Notes under the pieces: model-generated
What the model saw: only the letters and a program-made list of their open reading frames with translations
Told to the model about the DNA's origin: nothing
Database searches by the model: none
From: Oscillospiraceae bacterium
GTDB taxonomy: Bacteria; Bacillota; Clostridia; Oscillospirales; UBA929
DNA length: 52,890 nucleotides
Direction of reading: 5' to 3'
Assembly: GCA_031253545.1 (NCBI GenBank)
Contig: JAIRWH010000036.1
Span: 1-52,890, forward strand
In this document: one piece after another, positions 47,704-52,890 of the stretch
Layout: every line of letters begins with the position of its first letter
How positions within the stretch are numbered: the stretch's first letter is position 1
Translations under genes and position numbers: made by a program

Positions 47704-48494
47704 CGCGTCGCCTCCGAGGCGGTCATGGTCAGGTCAATGGTCTGTGTGCCCTTGCACGAGCCTTTGTAGACCCCGCGTTCCACGGAGCAGTCATTGAAGT
47801 CGCGCCCGCGCGAGAGGGCGATATAGCCTTCGTCCGCGAGTTTGTCGCGCGTGGGGTCCACGCCGTAGAAGCGCCCGCCCGTCCACGCCTCCACCCACGC
47901 GTGGGTTTCGCCGTAGCCGGACGCGAGCCCCGCCACATAGCGGCACGGGGTTTTGTCTAACCTGAGTAAGGTAAGCAGTATATGCGCGTAATCTTGGCAC
48001 ACGCCCGCGCCCATGGCAAACACCTCCCCGGCCGTGGTGGCGATATCGGTAACGCCGCGTTTGTATTCCATGCGCGAATGTACCGCGTGGGAAAAATGCT
48101 CAATCCGCCGCAACGGCTCTCCGCCGTCCGGCGCGCCGGGGGCGAGCGCGGCGTAAAAATCCGCGAGCGCGCCGAACGGCCGCGTGAGGGCGGACGGACA
48201 GGCAAACACGGGCGGCGGGCTTTGGCAAAGCACATAAGGCTCGCTTGAAATATCGGCTTTGCCGGATATGCCGAAGGTAAAGCGCGAGTGCGGCATATCG
48301 GCGAACCCCGCCACGCAGGCGTTGCCGAAAGCGTCATGCGTGAGCCACAGCGAGCTTTGCGGCTCCACCGACCACGCAAGGTCAATTACGCGCTGCCTGC
48401 CGTCGGAAGGCGGCAGAATCTTCAATAGAAACCGATGCTCGGAGGCCGGCGAAACGAAAGTGAGCGCGGTTTGGTATTGAAAGCGCGTGACCAT
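47700..48494 (-). CDS. Transglutaminase-like protein with a Bact_transglu_N domain
   Basis: DAFGN, and the Cys-His-Asp triad in GVCQDYAH, THAWVE and DPT; GRDF.D. Confidence 0.93.
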   Translation of the reverse strand: MVTRFQYQTALTFVSPASEHRFLLKILPPSDGRQRVIDLAWSVEPQSSLWLTHDAFGNACVAGFADMPHSRFTFGISGKADISSEPYVLCQSPPPVFACPSALTRPFGALADFYAALAPGAPDGGEPLRRIEHFSHAVHSRMEYKRGVTDIATTAGEVFAMGAGVCQDYAHILLTLLRLDKTPCRYVAGLASGYGETHAWVEAWTGGRFYGVDPTRDKLADEGYIALSRGRDFNDCSVERGVYKGSCKGTQTIDLTMTASEATR

Positions 48495-49204
48495 CAGGCG
48501 CTTTGCCTCTCGAACAGCCTTCCGAGGCAGTTGAGCACATCGTCGAGCCGCTCCGCGTAGCGCCCTTTCATGCCCACCACCTCCACGAGCACGGAGAGTT
48601 GTTTGGTGTTATAAAAGTAGGGGTTGCCTTTTCTGATATGCCGCAGTACATGGCAGAGCTTTTCGTGCTCGGCGGCAATCAACCTGTGGTCGTAGGAAAA
48701 CCGAAAGTAGAGGTCGAGCCGCTCAATCAGTTTGCCGCATTTGATGATGGTCCCCTCCTCGCCGCTGGCAAGTTTATCGTCTATGCTGCCCCAAAACGCA
48801 AGCAGGTAGTCCACGGCGGGCATGAGCGCGAGCCTGAGGTTGTGCGCGTCACGGCTGTAATGGAACGCGTCCGCCGCGAGTATGATATAGGCGAGGGATT
48901 CGCTGCCGATAACGTCGCGCATGACAAGCGCGTTGTCCTGCGCGAACCCGAACGCCGCGCTTACGGAAAAGGTGTCCGGCTCGGCCACGCCGTCGTTGTA
49001 GAGGTAGCCGCGGATAAAGCTCTCGTGGTCGCCGTATTTGTCTTCGATGTGCAACTTGCCAAGGAAGACCTTGTAGCAGTCTTTGTCCTTGTCGAGTATT
49101 CTATCATAATAATCGAAGAATGTATACAGCGTGGTGTAAATCCTTTCCGCGTACCTGCCTAACCAGTAGAGGTTGGAGCTGTGCTCTACAGAGATAATAC
49201 CCAT
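48494..49204 (-). CDS. Alpha-E domain protein (DUF403)
   Basis: Duplicated ER motifs LYWLGRYAER and GKLIERLD. Confidence 0.9.
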   Translation of the reverse strand: MGIISVEHSSNLYWLGRYAERIYTTLYTFFDYYDRILDKDKDCYKVFLGKLHIEDKYGDHESFIRGYLYNDGVAEPDTFSVSAAFGFAQDNALVMRDVIGSESLAYIILAADAFHYSRDAHNLRLALMPAVDYLLAFWGSIDDKLASGEEGTIIKCGKLIERLDLYFRFSYDHRLIAAEHEKLCHVLRHIRKGNPYFYNTKQLSVLVEVVGMKGRYAERLDDVLNCLGRLFERQSA

Positions 49205-50505
49205 GTGTCCTTGAAACCTCCTCCCTGTGATGAGTTTACGATGAACGAATCCGCGTGGCGCGAGAAGCGCGTCAAGCCGCTCGCCCACACGCGGGTTTCC
49301 TCCCCGGTGAGCACAAAGGCGCGCAGGTCGGCTTTGCGCGGCACAAGACCGCCGCCCTCGTCTAAAATGTCGAGGTCTATGAAGTCCACGACCTCCTGCG
49401 ATATAAAACGCCTCGGCTCGCGCTTTATCAGCTCTTTCAGCTCCACGAGCTTTTCCGGCGGGAGGTTGCTGCCAAAAACCACGCCGTAGCCCCCCGCCTC
49501 GGACACGTCTTTGATTACCAATTTGCCGATGTTTTCAAGCGTGTATTTCATGTCGCTCTCATAATACGGCAGGTAGGTAGGCGCGTTTTCCAAAAGCGGC
49601 GTTTGCCCGAGGTAGTATTCTATCATCTTCGGCACGAAGTAATACACGCCCTTGTCGTCCGCCACCCCGTTGCCCGGCGCGTTTATTATGGCCACATTGC
49701 CGCTGCGGTAGGCATCCGCGATATGGGGCACGCCGATTAGGGAATCCCTGCAAAATGTCATGGGGTCGAGGTATTCGTCGGATATGCGCCTGTATACCGC
49801 CCCCACCCTCGCCGCGCCGCCGAGGTAGTCTTTCATGTACACCACTTTGTTATCCACCATAAGCTGCGATGCCGTGACAAGCGGCGCGCCCGTGCGCTCG
49901 GCCAAGTAGGAATGCTCGAAATAGGCGGCGTTGTATCTGCCGGGGGTGAGGATGACGTTTAGCCCCCCGCGGTTGACATGGTTCATGGTGTCGTTCAGCA
50001 GGTCGGAATAGTCGCGGTTGTCGGTCACATAGTTCTGCGAAAAGGCATCGGGGTTGGCTATGCGGCAAAGCTCCCGCGCGATGAGGGGGTAAGATGCCCC
50101 CGACGGCACTCTGAGGTTGTCTTCGAGTATATACCACTTGCCGTCTTTGCTCTGCACCAAGTCTATGCCCGAAATATGGCTGTATATGCCCTTTGGCGGC
50201 GCGATACCCGCACATTCCGGCAAATAGCCCGTCGAGATATACACAAACTCTTCGGGCACCACCCCGTCTTTGATAATCTTCGCCTCCGAGTAGATGTCGC
50301 CCAGGAAGCAGTTGAGCGCCGTGACCCTTTGGACAAGCCCCTTGGCAAGGTAACCGAACTCCTCGGCGGTAATGACGCGGGGTATGGGGTCGAAGGGAAA
50401 GAGCTGCTCGATAAACTCACCGTTTTTGTATATGCCGAACTTCACGCCGTAGCGCGCCATCAGCCTGTTTATTTCGTGGGCGGTAATCGGCGGTATACTG
50501 TCCAC
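49186..50505 (-). CDS. Circularly permuted ATP-grasp type 2 protein
   Basis: FPFDPIPR, GIDL, LEDNLRVPSGASY, AYFEHSYLA, GNGVADDK, GGYG, DLR, NSSQGGGFKDTWV. Confidence 0.95.
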   Translation of the reverse strand: MDSIPPITAHEINRLMARYGVKFGIYKNGEFIEQLFPFDPIPRVITAEEFGYLAKGLVQRVTALNCFLGDIYSEAKIIKDGVVPEEFVYISTGYLPECAGIAPPKGIYSHISGIDLVQSKDGKWYILEDNLRVPSGASYPLIARELCRIANPDAFSQNYVTDNRDYSDLLNDTMNHVNRGGLNVILTPGRYNAAYFEHSYLAERTGAPLVTASQLMVDNKVVYMKDYLGGAARVGAVYRRISDEYLDPMTFCRDSLIGVPHIADAYRSGNVAIINAPGNGVADDKGVYYFVPKMIEYYLGQTPLLENAPTYLPYYESDMKYTLENIGKLVIKDVSEAGGYGVVFGSNLPPEKLVELKELIKREPRRFISQEVVDFIDLDILDEGGGLVPRKADLRAFVLTGEETRVWASGLTRFSRHADSFIVNSSQGGGFKDTWVLSL

Positions 50506-50535
50506 ATTGGCTCGCCCCTTTCCCCCTATAGCGGC

Positions 50536-50573
50536 AAAATAAGGCAAAGGCGCTTAACACAAGCGCCTTTGCT
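50536..50573 (-). terminator. Leader terminator (attenuator) whose 5' arm contains an ANTAR-like hairpin
   Basis: GCAAAGGCGCTT-GTGTT-AAGCGCCTTTGC plus CTTATTTT, between a TTGACA-16-TATAAT promoter (50608-50581) and the RBS. Confidence 0.6.
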
Positions 50574-50730
50574 CAGTACCATTATACCGCGTTCTCCCGA
50601 TTTGTCAACACTCAAAGCCGCAAAAAGCAAAACCCTTTTTTCGTGGTAAACGTCCTTTCCGCGGTATCTATGTGTCTTTGGGGTCATTGTCCCCTCCCTC
50701 CTCGGAGGGGGGAGGGATATTTTGCGCGTG

Positions 50731-52173
50731 TCAGCCAAGCTCCAATATGCCGTATAACCCGTTGACTTTGGCAAACAGCGTGGTGCCGGAGATACCCAAT
50801 ATGTGGTCAAACTCCTGCGGCAGAAGCCTGTTCCCGGCCGTGTCGAGCAGTATCCACTTGCCGTCGCGCACAACGGCGGCGTAGACGGGCGGCTCGTCTG
50901 AAAGCTGAGGGTACCGCCCCGCGCCCGAATAAGAGCGCATGATGTTTTGGTCAATATCGCTCTCCGAGTAGATATAATCGGTAATCAGTTTGTTTCCGTA
51001 TGCCAAGGCGTATAGCTCGTCGGTGTAAGAGTCGTAATAATTCGGGTACTCCAAGCTCATGTCAATCTTCGAGAAGTCCGCCCTGCGCACCGCGCGGAAA
51101 CGCTGCGAATACCGGGGGAACAGCGAGTCAAACTCGCCGGCGGCGTACTCCGTCAGTTCGTAGCCGCTTTCGCTTGCCACAACGAGCATATACCGCCCCG
51201 CGGCGGGGTCATAGAGCCACTGCGCCACACCGTAACTGCCGTGTACGTCAAGCCCGCTGTGGGTGATTTCACCCGCGTATGGGCTTACGATTATATCAAT
51301 GTAACCGTAGAGACTGCCCGCGCCAAGCGTGTGCCTGTACCTGTAAGTCCCGCAGTCGCAGAGATATAAGTCGGGGTAGTCGTACTGCGGCGCGACGCGC
51401 CACGTAAGGCCGTTTTCGTCGGTAACCGTGTCTGCGGGAGGGTCTTGTTCGCGGTAGTAAAAATACACGGCGCAGTCGGGCAATATCTCCATCAGCTTAA
51501 AACATTCGTCTAACGAGAGCCGATTATCCACAGACAGCTCCTCCAATTTTGTCAGCCCCTGCAGCAGCTCCGAGCCGCCGAAGTATTCGCCCGTGCCGCC
51601 AAGGTGGAGGTAACGCAAGTTCGGCATATACCGCAGCGGTTCCAACTCGTTGTTTGGCGGGGCGGGGTCTAAGCTGAGGCTTGTCACCGCCGCTAAGTCG
51701 CTTTGCGTGATAACCCCTTCGGGTTTGTTTATGGCGGCGCGCACCTTTTCCTCAAAATAGGCGTTTGTGAAGGTAACCGCGTCGTCGCTCGGCGAGGGCG
51801 AGGGCGAGAGCGGCATTACGCCGGACGGCGAAACGTCGGGGGGCGAGGGGGAGAGCGGGTCGTCTTTCACGGTCGGCGAGGTGCCCGGCGGCTGCGGCGC
51901 GGCGGGGCGGGTGCTGAAATAATACACCGTGCCCGCGGTCGCGCCCAATATCACAAACGCCGCCGCCATGCTCGCCGCCTTGGCGAGCCACGCGCCGCGC
52001 GGGCGCGCCGCGGGCGCGGTATTTAAGGCGACGATGTTTTGCGCGGGCAGGGCGGCTTCGGTATCCGCTTTGACCGAACGCCCGGCGGCCGCTTTCCGCA
52101 TGGCATCCAGCGTCCTTTCGCGGGCCGCGCCGTCTAATGTCAGCCTGTCCATGTAGTCTTTGTAGTCTTTCAT
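50731..52173 (-). CDS. Putative anti-sigma factor: TM helix, Pro/Ser linker, LRR-like region, WG-repeat-like C-terminus
   Basis: Coupled to the ECF gene. VTF....E..VR.AINKP.G.IT..DL..VT.L and L..L..LHL; C-terminal DGKW..D..GN..LP..FD..NGLYG. Confidence 0.75.
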   Translation of the reverse strand: MKDYKDYMDRLTLDGAARERTLDAMRKAAAGRSVKADTEAALPAQNIVALNTAPAARPRGAWLAKAASMAAAFVILGATAGTVYYFSTRPAAPQPPGTSPTVKDDPLSPSPPDVSPSGVMPLSPSPSPSDDAVTFTNAYFEEKVRAAINKPEGVITQSDLAAVTSLSLDPAPPNNELEPLRYMPNLRYLHLGGTGEYFGGSELLQGLTKLEELSVDNRLSLDECFKLMEILPDCAVYFYYREQDPPADTVTDENGLTWRVAPQYDYPDLYLCDCGTYRYRHTLGAGSLYGYIDIIVSPYAGEITHSGLDVHGSYGVAQWLYDPAAGRYMLVVASESGYELTEYAAGEFDSLFPRYSQRFRAVRRADFSKIDMSLEYPNYYDSYTDELYALAYGNKLITDYIYSESDIDQNIMRSYSGAGRYPQLSDEPPVYAAVVRDGKWILLDTAGNRLLPQEFDHILGISGTTLFAKVNGLYGILELG

Positions 52174-52637
52174 GCGTATTCTCCTTTCAATGTGTCTCTG
52201 AGCATGGCGCAAGCGCGGCTGTGGCGTTTGCGGACCGCGGACTCCGTGGCGTGGAGTATACGCGCCGTTTCCTTCACGGAGTAACCGTCGTAGTAGAGCA
52301 AATGCACCACGCTCCTGTACTTCGGCGGCAGGGAGGCGAGCAGCTCCATGCTGTCGCGCTCGTTTTCCGTCTCTGTCGGGTAGTCGTCCGTCAGCGGCAC
52401 TGTGGCCTTGCGCCACGGGGAACGCAGGTAATTCTTGCAGATATTCACCGTTACCCTTATGAGCCACGCCAGCTCGTGCTCCGGCGATTCGAAACGCGGG
52501 CGCTTTTCCACGAGCTTCACGAAGGCGTCTTGCACGGCATCCTCCGCCTCCTCCTTGCTGTGGAGCACGGCCGCCGCGACACGGAACATTTTCGTGCCGC
52601 AACGGTCCACAATTTCTTCCATTTGTCTGTTATCCAT
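52170..52637 (-). CDS. ECF sigma factor (paralog of 33433..33930)
   Basis: EAEDAVQDAFVK, FESPEHELAWLIRVTVN, LPPKYRSVVHL.YY.GYSVKE.A. Confidence 0.93.
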   Translation of the reverse strand: MDNRQMEEIVDRCGTKMFRVAAAVLHSKEEAEDAVQDAFVKLVEKRPRFESPEHELAWLIRVTVNICKNYLRSPWRKATVPLTDDYPTETENERDSMELLASLPPKYRSVVHLLYYDGYSVKETARILHATESAVRKRHSRACAMLRDTLKGEYA

Positions 52638-52659
52638 GATTCACACCCCTTCATATCAA

Positions 52660-52687
52660 TATACACCCGAGAGGGCGAAAGTGTGAC
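52660..52687 (-). promoter_or_regulatory. Putative ECF-type autoregulatory promoter
   Basis: GTCACA-16 bp-TGTATA, with a spacer similar to 33362-33389. Confidence 0.55.
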
Positions 52688-52844
52688 AAAATATTTTTCG
52701 GGAGGCGCTGAACAATGCTTATGGCGGCGGTAATCTTCCCTCGCGCGCGAAAAAGCCTCCCCCGCTCACGGCGGGCGGGCGGCGGCGTGGTTGGTTGTTC
52801 AGTTGACGGTGATTAGTGGTTAGGGGACGGGGGGAGCGGGGGGA

Positions 52845-52876
52845 CGTAGGGGCGGTTGAGGACAACCGCCCCTACG
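52845..52876. repeat. GTAG-type REP-like palindrome
   Basis: CGTAGGGGCGGTTG-AGGA-CAACCGCCCCTACG, a perfect 14-bp stem with GTAG at its foot. Confidence 0.7.
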
Positions 52877-52890
52877 GGGAGCGGGGGCGG

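Overview
GC-rich chromosomal segment of a bacterium, probably a Clostridia/Oscillospiraceae-like Firmicute (inferred from IreB, YnbB, SdpRI and GGAGG-type RBSs). The first ~3.4 kb is a decayed accessory zone: an ISAs1 element interrupted by a 98-bp MITE-like insert, a CPBP pseudogene, an IS1 remnant, tRNA-Leu(TAA), tRNA-fMet, three tandem DnaA boxes and an integrase remnant. Next come a DUF6273-like lipoprotein, a two-repeat CRISPR-like unit and a housekeeping run (paaK, ACT, ynbB-like, ruvCAB, glmM). The middle holds a chemosensory operon with no chemoreceptor gene, a nicotinamidase-like hydrolase plus NCS2 permease, and a sensory [FeFe]-hydrogenase-like/PAS hybrid kinase coupled to a Cache/PAS hybrid kinase and a MerR gene. 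After that are a truncated HicB, a type I toxin-antitoxin-like locus missing from the ORF track, a GH10 xylanase lipoprotein, an ECF/anti-sigma pair, fapA, tldDE, ireB, pheTS, MFS, YfcE and sdpRI. The window ends with a CP-ATP-grasp/alpha-E/transglutaminase/2xM14 operon behind an ANTAR-like attenuator, a second ECF/anti-sigma pair and a GTAG REP-like palindrome. The best candidates for uncharacterised biology are the hydrogenase-like kinase module beside the receptor-less Che operon, the ATP-grasp operon with an active/inactive M14 pair, and the CRISPR-like unit next to an antitoxin-like sequence. All calls come from motifs read by eye; no database search was run.
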